A program made the position numbers and the translations under genes. Positions 51,132-59,217 of a stretch of 64,000 nt of DNA are shown here, in pieces. Position 1 is the first letter of the stretch; each line of letters begins with the position of its first letter. Source of the DNA: an uncultured Gammaproteobacteria bacterium. GTDB taxonomy: Bacteria; Patescibacteriota; Microgenomatia; Levybacterales; UBA12049. The notes below the pieces were generated by a model. That model saw only the letters and a program-made list of their open reading frames with translations, was not told the origin of the DNA and did no database searches. Where the stretch lies: positions 5,493-69,492 of the forward strand of contig CAYZZF010000002.1 of assembly GCA_964483115.1 (NCBI GenBank), given 5' to 3'.

Positions 51132-52199
51132 ATGGATTCTTTTACTTCTTTGGAAAGCCAGATACAAAAGCTTGAGGAAAAAGTTAAATCAATAGAGCTT
51201 CCTTCGGATTTGCTGGAAAAAATAGAAGGGATGATAAATTTGCTTCGAGCAAGTCTTAAAAGTGGAAATGCCTCATTTATAAATTATGAAAGTGTTTCAG
51301 CCTATGTTAATTGGATTGTCTCTTTGCCTTTTGCTAAAGAAACTAAAGATATTCTAGATCTTCATCGGGCAAAAGAGATTTTGGATAAAAATCATTACGG
51401 ACTTTCGGGTGTCAAAAATAGAATTCTGGAGTATTTATCGGCAATTATTTTAAGTATGCAAAACAACACATCAGGAGGAGTGATACGAGCACCGATCCTT
51501 TGCTTAATTGGTCTTGTTGGAACTGGTAAGACAACACTTGCTTACTCTATTGCAGAGGCTCTGGGACGGAGGTTTGAGAGAATACCTTTTGGAGGAATGG
51601 GAGATGCAAGGGCACTACGCGGTCAGTCTCGCGCAATGTCTGATGCAGAACCAGGAGCTATCATTAAAAAATTAGTTAATGCCCAAAGTAAAAATGCTGT
51701 TATTCTTCTTGATGAACTAGATAGAGTGGCAGAGTCTGCTAGAGCTGACATTATGGGAGTTTTGGTGGAGCTTTTGGACCCCGAACAAAATAAAGCATTT
51801 ACAGACCATTATATTGACTATCCATTTGATTTGTCTCATGTTTTGTTTGTTACAACAGCAAATAATTCAACTAACATCTCAACAGCAGTATTAGACAGAC
51901 TTGAGATAATACAAATGCCTTCTTATTCAGATGAGGAGAAAACGTCCATTGCAAGAAGTTATCTATTCCCGAAAATTCGTACTCAGACAGGATTATCAGA
52001 ACAACAAATACTTATTGATGATGCTGTTTGGCCTTTGGTAATAAGACCTTTAGGTTTTGACTCGGGAATAAGAAGCCTTGAGAGGACAATTGAGGGGATT
52101 TGCAGAAAAACCGCAAGGTTTATTGTCGAAGGAAAAGTGCCCCAGGGAGCATCTGTCCACATAACAAGCGAGAATTTTAAACAATTTTTACTAACCTAA
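51132..52199 (+). CDS. Lon-like AAA+ ATPase module without N-terminal LON domain and without S16 protease domain
   Basis: HYGLSGVKNRILEYL; LCLIGLVGTGKTTLAYSIAEALGRRF; LLDELDR; VELLDPEQNKAFTDHYIDYPFDLSHVLFVTTANN; SGIRSLERTIEGICRK. The ORF ends before any protease-domain sequence. Confidence 0.8.
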   Translation: MDSFTSLESQIQKLEEKVKSIELPSDLLEKIEGMINLLRASLKSGNASFINYESVSAYVNWIVSLPFAKETKDILDLHRAKEILDKNHYGLSGVKNRILEYLSAIILSMQNNTSGGVIRAPILCLIGLVGTGKTTLAYSIAEALGRRFERIPFGGMGDARALRGQSRAMSDAEPGAIIKKLVNAQSKNAVILLDELDRVAESARADIMGVLVELLDPEQNKAFTDHYIDYPFDLSHVLFVTTANNSTNISTAVLDRLEIIQMPSYSDEEKTSIARSYLFPKIRTQTGLSEQQILIDDAVWPLVIRPLGFDSGIRSLERTIEGICRKTARFIVEGKVPQGASVHITSENFKQFLLT

Positions 52200-52352
52200 T
52201 GAAAATCACAGACATCAAATCACTCGCTTCGCAACGAGGCAAGCAAATCACAAATAAATTAAAAGCTACAATATCAAAAAGTCTTGAATTTTGAAGATTT
52301 GAAATTAAGTATTATTTGAAATTTGCTGCTTTTGGTTTGAAATTTAGATTCT
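52200..52352 (+). repeat. dispersed repeat element in the rnj leader; left arm of an inverted-repeat pair
   Basis: The 39-bp core aaatcactcgcttcgcaacgaggcaagcaaatcacaaat (52217-52255) is an exact inverted match to 56229-56267. The block attatttgaaatttgctgcttt is shared with 30776-30800 and 56160-56185 (reverse complement). Confidence 0.75.
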
Positions 52353-54023
52353 ATGGATAATCAACTATCATTTATTCCCTTAGGGGGAGTTGGAGATGTT
52401 ACAAAAAACATGTATCTTTATGAATATAAAGATGAGATTTTAATTGTTGATTGCGGATTTGGGTTTGCAGATGAGACAATGCCTGGAGTAGATCTTCTAA
52501 TTCCAGATATTTCTTACCTTAAAAAAACCTGCCTGCCGGAAGGCAAGGCTAACAAAAAGATCATCGCTATGATTTTGACCCACGGACATGAGGATCACAT
52601 TGGTGCGATTCCTTATGTACTTGCGAACCTTCCTAAATTCCCAATATTTGGCTCGAAACTAACAGCCGCTCTTGCCAATGAGAAACTTAAGGAGTTTGGT
52701 ATAAAGAACAATGTTCAGACCATTAACTTTAATCAAATACTTAATTTGGGAAGTTTTCAAGTGTCTTTTATAAGAGTTACTCATTCAATAATTGATTCAG
52801 CCCATATTCTTATTAAGACACCGGTTGGTAATTTTTATCATGGTAGTGACTTTAAGTTTGATCTTACGCCAGTTGATGGAAAACCATCAGAGCTTTCAAA
52901 GATTGCTAAGGCAGGAGAAGAGGGCGTCGTCTGTCTTTTTTCTGATTGTTTAGGAGCAGAAAGACCAGGACATTCACCTTCTGAACGGGCAATAACCCAG
53001 AGTTTTGAAGAAGAATTTAAAAAGACCAAAGGTAAAATATTTGTAACCACATATTCTTCAAATATTTCAAGATTAAATCAGGCAATTGATGTGGGAATAA
53101 AGCTTGGTCGAAAAGTTTGCTTTGTGGGAAGATCTCTTCTTAAATCTCGCGATATCGGAAAGAGGCTTGCCTACATGAATTACCCATCTTCTTTGGAAAT
53201 TGCGCCGCAGGATGTAAAAAAAATGAATCCAGCGCAGGTTCTTGTGCTTGTTGCAGGAAGTCAAGGGCAGGAGGATTCAGCTCTTGTAAGAGTTGCAAAC
53301 GGAGAAGACAGAGATATTAGGATTGCAAAAGATGACGTTGTTATTTTTTCGGCCGATCCCATTCCTGGTAATGAAACTAGCATTAATTCTTTAATCGATA
53401 CAATAGCAAGACAGGGAGCAAAAGTGGTTTATTCAGAAATTACCGATGAATTTCATGTTTCGGGTCATGGTTCTCAAAATGATCTAAAACTTCTTATTGA
53501 TCTTGTCCGTCCCAAATTTCTTTTTCCAATCGGCGGAACATATAGACAAATGGTTGCATATCGATATTTAGCAAAAGAGCTGGGTTTTGGAGAAAGGGAA
53601 GTGATATTATCTGATGATGGGCAAGAAATAAAATTTGATAAAAATACAATATCACTTGGAAAGAAAATTTCGCTTTCAAATATATTTGTAGATGAATTAA
53701 CAGGAGAAGCAATCGAGAATTATGTAGTATTTGACAGGGTTAAGATTGCAAAAGAAGGACTTATCATTGTGATAGTCGAAATAGATTCAAACACCGGGCA
53801 TCTCGCTTCTTCTCCTGATATATTAACAAAAGGATTTAAATACGAAAACATAAAAAATTTGGCAAAAAGAGTTCAGAGAGCCCTTGAAGAATCTATTGGA
53901 AAAAGAAGAGAAAAAGTTATTAATTGGGTTTATTATAAAAAGATTGTAGAGCGGGTTACAGAGCAAATTCTTTTTAAAGAAGGTAGACAGCCTCTTATAG
54001 TACCGGTTATCCTTGAAGTATAG
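52353..54023 (+). CDS. rnj: ribonuclease J
   Basis: LGGVGDVTKNMYLYEY, THGHEDHIGAIPY (beta-lactamase HxHxDH), beta-CASP and C-terminal domain. Confidence 0.9.
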   Translation: MDNQLSFIPLGGVGDVTKNMYLYEYKDEILIVDCGFGFADETMPGVDLLIPDISYLKKTCLPEGKANKKIIAMILTHGHEDHIGAIPYVLANLPKFPIFGSKLTAALANEKLKEFGIKNNVQTINFNQILNLGSFQVSFIRVTHSIIDSAHILIKTPVGNFYHGSDFKFDLTPVDGKPSELSKIAKAGEEGVVCLFSDCLGAERPGHSPSERAITQSFEEEFKKTKGKIFVTTYSSNISRLNQAIDVGIKLGRKVCFVGRSLLKSRDIGKRLAYMNYPSSLEIAPQDVKKMNPAQVLVLVAGSQGQEDSALVRVANGEDRDIRIAKDDVVIFSADPIPGNETSINSLIDTIARQGAKVVYSEITDEFHVSGHGSQNDLKLLIDLVRPKFLFPIGGTYRQMVAYRYLAKELGFGEREVILSDDGQEIKFDKNTISLGKKISLSNIFVDELTGEAIENYVVFDRVKIAKEGLIIVIVEIDSNTGHLASSPDILTKGFKYENIKNLAKRVQRALEESIGKRREKVINWVYYKKIVERVTEQILFKEGRQPLIVPVILEV

Positions 54024-54040
54024 GTATATAATAAATTAGT

Positions 54041-56143
54041 ATGGCGAGAAGGCATTATAGAAGACGCAAGTTTAAGCTCAAACTTAAGAAAAGTACGGTT
54101 TATTCAATCTTTTCTTTTGGGCTAATTTTAATAGGTTTAATACTTCTTCTATCTTTTACCAAAAGTCAACCTTCATTTATTGTCTTGAGTAATCTTTTAC
54201 AAAAATATTTTGGTGCGGTTTCTTTTCTTTTGCCATTAGAGCTTATTTTTTTAGGATTTTTGTTTTTAAGACTTAAGTTTTTTTTGTCTCGTACCAACGT
54301 CTCGGTTGGTTTTTTCCTCCTTTTTTTATCTTTGGATGCTTTAATAAAAGGTGGAAAGTTTGGGGGATACCTTTTTAAGATATTGGCTGATATTCTTACA
54401 AATCTGGGAGCAAATATAGTTTATTTAGCAGGTGCATTTGTTGGTTTCATTGTTTTGTTTGATACTTCGATTGACGAGCTTTTGGATTTTTTCGTTTCTC
54501 TGTGGAAAATAATTTTGAAATTTTATCCAACCAAACTTCTCGCCTTTTTTAGAACAAAGAAAGCTACCGGCTTTAAAAATAGGCCAATAACCATAAGAGG
54601 AGGATTAAAAGAATCTCCAAGCTTAGCGAGTCGCGAGATAACAGTTGCCGCACAAGCTAAAAAAGACTCTATACTTCTTTCCGATAAGCTAGTTAGCAAT
54701 CCTTTAGCAACTGGAGTAGTGTGGGAGTATCCACCCTTATCTCTTCTTTCTGATTCATCGACGCAAAAGGCAGACAGAGGAGATATAAAAAGGGTAGCCA
54801 GTGTTATTGAAAATACGTTGCAGAGTTTTGGTATCGAAGCAAAAGTTGTTGAAGTAAATTTGGGTCCTGCTGTTACCCAATATGCACTTGAGATTGCTCT
54901 TGGAACAAAAGTTTCAAAAATTACTTCTCTTTCAAATGATTTAGCTCTTGCAACAGAAGCACCAACTGGACAGATAAGAATTGAGGCTCCTATTCCAGGA
55001 AGGAATTTGGTCGGGATAGAAATCCCCAATAGGAGTTTGGAAATTGTCGCACTTAAGACAATGCTTGAGTCAGATACAATGAGAAAAAGCAAGTCAAAGC
55101 TTACTGTGTCTTTGGGTCTTGATGTTTCGGGAAACCCCATTGTTGCTGATGTTAGTAGGATGCCCCATGTTTTGATTGCTGGAACAACGGGATCTGGAAA
55201 ATCAGTTCTTATAAATTCTTTCATAGCGTCTCTTTTATTTCGAGCCGCACCTTTTGAGGTAAAATTGATTCTTATTGATCCTAAAAGGGTAGAGCTTACC
55301 GGATACAATGGTATACCTCATCTTATGACACCTGTTATTGTTGAGATTGAAAAAATATTATCAGCTCTGAAGTGGGCAATGGATGAGATGGACCGACGTT
55401 ATAAAACCTTTGCCGAAAGAGGAGTTAGGAATATAGATGCTTATAATGAACTTTCAGGTTTTCAAGCCCTTCCTTATATTGTTATTCTAATAGACGAATT
55501 GGCAGACTTAATGGCATTTGCTCCGGTCGAGGTTGAAGATGCAATAGCCCGTCTTGCTCAGATGGCGCGTGCCACAGGAATTCATCTAGTTGTTTCCACT
55601 CAAAGACCATCAGTTGATGTTATAACAGGACTTATTAAAGCAAACATCCCTTGCCGTATTGCTTTTAATGTTTCATCAATGGTTGATTCAAGAGTTATAA
55701 TTGATATGCCAGGGTCTGAAAAACTTTTGGGCCGGGGCGATATGCTTTATATCCCGCCCGATCAAGCAAAACCAACCCGTATACAGGGAGCATATGTTTC
55801 GGACAGAGAAGTCAAAAAGTTGGTTGACTATCTCAAATCAAAAGGCCCGCCAGTTGAATACACAGAAGAGGTTACCTCAAAGCCGCTTGTGACCCGAGGA
55901 GGAGGATTTTTTGGAGCTGGGCGCGACCCACTTTTTGAAGAAGCAATAAGGATTGTTTGTCAACATGACAGAGCATCTGCATCTCTTCTTCAACGTAGGC
56001 TTTCAATCGGTTATTCAAGAGCTGCCCGGATTTTGGATCAGCTTGAAGAAGCAGAAATTGTAGGACACGCAGAAGGCTCAAAGCCGCGAGATGTGTTAAT
56101 TAGAAATGCAGAAGAACTAATAAGCAGCTTGCAGGAACAATAA
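54041..56143 (+). CDS. ftsK: DNA translocase FtsK/SpoIIIE
   Basis: N-terminal TM helices, PHVLIAGTTGSGKS, and a C-terminal gamma winged-helix. Confidence 0.9.
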   Translation: MARRHYRRRKFKLKLKKSTVYSIFSFGLILIGLILLLSFTKSQPSFIVLSNLLQKYFGAVSFLLPLELIFLGFLFLRLKFFLSRTNVSVGFFLLFLSLDALIKGGKFGGYLFKILADILTNLGANIVYLAGAFVGFIVLFDTSIDELLDFFVSLWKIILKFYPTKLLAFFRTKKATGFKNRPITIRGGLKESPSLASREITVAAQAKKDSILLSDKLVSNPLATGVVWEYPPLSLLSDSSTQKADRGDIKRVASVIENTLQSFGIEAKVVEVNLGPAVTQYALEIALGTKVSKITSLSNDLALATEAPTGQIRIEAPIPGRNLVGIEIPNRSLEIVALKTMLESDTMRKSKSKLTVSLGLDVSGNPIVADVSRMPHVLIAGTTGSGKSVLINSFIASLLFRAAPFEVKLILIDPKRVELTGYNGIPHLMTPVIVEIEKILSALKWAMDEMDRRYKTFAERGVRNIDAYNELSGFQALPYIVILIDELADLMAFAPVEVEDAIARLAQMARATGIHLVVSTQRPSVDVITGLIKANIPCRIAFNVSSMVDSRVIIDMPGSEKLLGRGDMLYIPPDQAKPTRIQGAYVSDREVKKLVDYLKSKGPPVEYTEEVTSKPLVTRGGGFFGAGRDPLFEEAIRIVCQHDRASASLLQRRLSIGYSRAARILDQLEEAEIVGHAEGSKPRDVLIRNAEELISSLQEQ

Positions 56144-56285
56144 AAATAAAATTCCAAATTCAAAGCAGCAAATTTCAAATAATAATTAAATTCAGATTTT
56201 TAAGATCTAAAACATTTGAATTTTGAATTTGTGATTTGCTTGCCTCGTTGCGAAGCGAGTGATTTTGGATTTGTAATTCAATGCT
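56144..56285 (-). repeat. dispersed repeat element, inverted copy (right arm of the inverted-repeat pair flanking rnj-ftsK)
   Basis: Reverse complement of the 39-bp core plus the ttatttgaaatttgctgctttgaatttggaatttt block. Confidence 0.75.
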
Positions 56286-56915
56286 ATGATAAGAGTTGGG
56301 CAAAGACTTGAGGAGGAACGTGTAAAAAAAAGGTTAACTCTTAAAGAGGTTTCGTCGGCAACAAAAATAAGAGTAGAATTTCTGCAAGCTCTAGAAAGAG
56401 GAGATTATAAAAGGCTTCCTTCTGCTTCCTATGCCCAAGGTTTTGTCAGAAACTATGCTAAATTTTTGGAAATGCCAGAGGAAGAGACACTTGCGCTATT
56501 TAGAAGAGAATTTGATGAAAAAAAAGAATTTAAAGTTTTGCCGGAAGGATTAATCGAGTCCTCTTTCCCTATTCGCCGATTTAAAATAAAACAAATAGTT
56601 TTATTGGTTATTCTAGTTTTTCTCTTGCTTTTTGGATATATAGTTTTCCAATACAGGTATGCTATATTCAGTCCTCCTCTTAATGTAGCAACCCCTCAGG
56701 AGACAGCAGAAATTTCCTCCCAGACATTAGATGTAAGCGGTACCACTGATCCTGCATCAACCATTTTTGTAGATGGTGAGCAGGTTTCAGTTAATAGTGA
56801 TGGGACTTTTAAAAAAGAAATAGTTGTTTTTCCTGGTAAAACAATAATTACAATAAAGGCAGTCAATAGATTTGGTAAGCAAACCATCATAAAGCGCCAT
56901 GTTGTGGTAAAATAA
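56286..56915 (+). CDS. rodZ: RodZ-like cytoskeleton protein (XRE-type HTH + TM + C-terminal domain)
   Basis: N-terminal HTH (LTLKEVSSATKIRVEFLQALERGDY), one TM, and a C-terminal beta-rich domain. Confidence 0.55.
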   Translation: MIRVGQRLEEERVKKRLTLKEVSSATKIRVEFLQALERGDYKRLPSASYAQGFVRNYAKFLEMPEEETLALFRREFDEKKEFKVLPEGLIESSFPIRRFKIKQIVLLVILVFLLLFGYIVFQYRYAIFSPPLNVATPQETAEISSQTLDVSGTTDPASTIFVDGEQVSVNSDGTFKKEIVVFPGKTIITIKAVNRFGKQTIIKRHVVVK

Positions 56916-56921
56916 CAAATT

Positions 56922-57420
56922 ATGAATTTACAGAAGTTAATTAAGTACGCAGAAAGCCCTGACAATTCGATAATCCGAACAGAGATTTGGAGAGATTTTG
57001 TCGGATGGAACAACCGGAGACGCGGAGAGAACGGGTTTTTACCAAACCAATTAAAAAATCATAATTTAAAGAAAGTTTTGGATGTAGCACTTGGCGATGG
57101 TGTCGGCAAGTTTTGCAGATATTACAAATAATCATATACTAATTCAGTATGAGCATAAACATGGCAAGAAAGTGTACTACTACGGCTATCCATTTAAAAA
57201 AGGAGAATTATTCTTTTAAAAGAGGCAGGAGTTTCAAGAATTGAGCAGTACAGCGATTATGAGCTGGGAGACAATCCCAATGCAGATTTTTATTGGTACG
57301 TCTCTGGGTTAAATAAAAACACTTTGTTACAACAATATTATAACGATTATAGTCTAAATCTTGTCTTTATCCATCAATCTTCTTTCTTAGGTTGTTAGCC
57401 TATTAACCTACTAGGTCTTT
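56922..57420 (+). pseudogene. decayed gene remnant (possible class I SAM methyltransferase)
   Basis: A 69-aa ORF carries KKVLDVALGDGVG (MTase motif I-like). Downstream frames give coding-like peptides (HKHGKKVYYYGYPFKKGELFF; LKEAGVSRIEQYSDYELGDNPNADFYWYVSGLNKN) broken by stops and frameshifts. Confidence 0.3.
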
Positions 57421-57547
57421 TGCGGATTGTTTGTTTATGATTGATCCCGCACCAATTAAATGTTTGAAAGACTGATATTTAAAGCTATAGTTTTACCGAT
57501 TGGCGCTGGGTTGACATTTAAAAATTCCAATGTTATCTTAATAAAGT

Positions 57548-57823
57548 ATGATAGATCCTGCCCAAACAGCACTATTTTTAGTAATTATAGTTTTGACACT
57601 TCTTCTTTTGGTATTGGGTATTCAAGTTTTTTTTATTTTAAGGGAGCTTAGAAAAACTGTTGATAAGGCAAATAAAGTTCTAGATGATACAGGAGTTATA
57701 ACCGAAAGCGTCTCAGCTCCTATTGCCAATCTTTCGACTCTTGCCACAGGAATAAAAACAGGTGCGGCAATTGCAGGTCTTTTAAAAAAGAAAAAATTAA
57801 AAAGGAGAACTGAAGATGAATAA
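57548..57823 (+). CDS. DUF948-like small membrane protein
   Basis: N-terminal TM, then VDKANKVLDDTG. Confidence 0.5.
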   Translation: MIDPAQTALFLVIIVLTLLLLVLGIQVFFILRELRKTVDKANKVLDDTGVITESVSAPIANLSTLATGIKTGAAIAGLLKKKKLKRRTEDE

Positions 57824-58136
57824 CAGTGGCAACGGAAACAGATTTTTTGATGGATTCTTGTGGGGAGCTATTATAGGTGGAGGATTGGTGTTTCTTCTTG
57901 GGACAAAAAAAGGAAAAAAACTTCTCAAGACGATTTCTGAAGAAGGTGTGGAAGGGCTTTCAGAACTACTCGAAGAGCAGATTGATAAAGAAGAAGATTT
58001 TGAGAATGAAGTTCCTGAACAAGTTCCTCAAATCAAGCCGTCAAACGGAAACGGAGTCGTAAAACAAACTCAAGAATCTGTCTCTGTTAAGAAAGAAACA
58101 AAACCTGCAAGAAGATTTTTTAGAAGAAAATCTTAA
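57816..58136 (+). CDS. YtxH-like protein
   Basis: GFLWGAIIGGGLVFLLGTKKGKKL, and an acidic/K-rich tail. Confidence 0.55.
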   Translation: MNNSGNGNRFFDGFLWGAIIGGGLVFLLGTKKGKKLLKTISEEGVEGLSELLEEQIDKEEDFENEVPEQVPQIKPSNGNGVVKQTQESVSVKKETKPARRFFRRKS

Positions 58137-58260
58137 TAAGATTCTGCGTTGAGGTTGCTCACGAAAATCTTCTTGTTCCGCAGATCATACTATATCTAAA
58201 CTTTTTACTGGTCTATTCCAACTGCGAACAGCGAAAATTTTGTAAGCCCCTCACGCTAAA

Positions 58261-59217
58261 TTATAATCCGTATTTTTTGATGTTTGTGTTGTGTTGTTCA
58301 ATAGTCTCTGAAAAATGCAAATTCCCGTTTTTGTCCGAGATATAATATAGATAATTTGTTTGTGCAGGATTTACTGCAGCAGAAAGTGCTGAAAGTCCAG
58401 GATTTGAAATAGGAGTTGGGGGAAGACCCACATTTTTATAAGTATTGTAGGCAGATGTGATGTTTAAATCATCTGCTGATAAGCTCTTTTTCCACCATGT
58501 TTGCGTAGACTCTTGGTAACCAAGAGCATATTGGATCGTTGCGTCAACATCAAGCTTCATACCAATCTTAAGTCTATTTAATATTACACTTGCAACCAGT
58601 GGTCTGTCCTGCGGAAATTTTGCCTCCCTTTCAACTATTGATGCGACCGTAACTATTTCATTTTTTGATAAACTTGAACGACTTATATCAATAGTTTTAT
58701 ATTTTTTATCAAAGTTGCCTTTCATAAGAGTTACAATCAGGTTTATATCAGCATCTTTTGGAATAAGATAAGTATCTGGAAAAAGATAGCCTTCATTTGT
58801 TACAAGGATATTTTGCCACTGCGGTTTGTAGGTTGGGATGTTTTTTTTAAGAAGCTCCGCAACTTCCGTAGCTCTTATGCCTTCAGGAATTGTGACCCAA
58901 ATATCAAGTGTGCCATGAGTTAGGTTCTGAATTATGTTGTAGAGACTCATGGACGGACTTAAACGAAAGTCTCCAGCCTCAAGATCTTTATCAAACCCTA
59001 ATCTTTTTGTGAGAAGAAAGAATATAATAGGATCCTTGATAAGCCCTCTTTTTTTAAGGCTATTTCCGATTTCTCTTACTCCTTCTCCTTTTGAAATAAC
59101 AAATATCTGCGAGGTTTTATTTGTAGTATCAGCAGGCTGTAAGCCATTTTTCCACCAGATAATTCCGCCTGCAGTGATAAATACAATGATAATGATAAGA
59201 ATAAATAACCTTCTCAT
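58261..59217 (-). CDS. mltG: endolytic murein transglycosylase MltG (YceG-like)
   Basis: N-terminal TM, YceG-like domain, ASIVEREA (catalytic Glu region). Confidence 0.85.
   Translation of the reverse strand: MRRLFILIIIIVFITAGGIIWWKNGLQPADTTNKTSQIFVISKGEGVREIGNSLKKRGLIKDPIIFFLLTKRLGFDKDLEAGDFRLSPSMSLYNIIQNLTHGTLDIWVTIPEGIRATEVAELLKKNIPTYKPQWQNILVTNEGYLFPDTYLIPKDADINLIVTLMKGNFDKKYKTIDISRSSLSKNEIVTVASIVEREAKFPQDRPLVASVILNRLKIGMKLDVDATIQYALGYQESTQTWWKKSLSADDLNITSAYNTYKNVGLPPTPISNPGLSALSAAVNPAQTNYLYYISDKNGNLHFSETIEQHNTNIKKYGL

Noticed and set aside
58137-58260. Possible terminator or riboswitch between the convergent YtxH-like and mltG genes
   Set aside because: Only a long-loop inverted repeat (tctgcg...cgcaga) is present, with no convincing stem plus U-tract.
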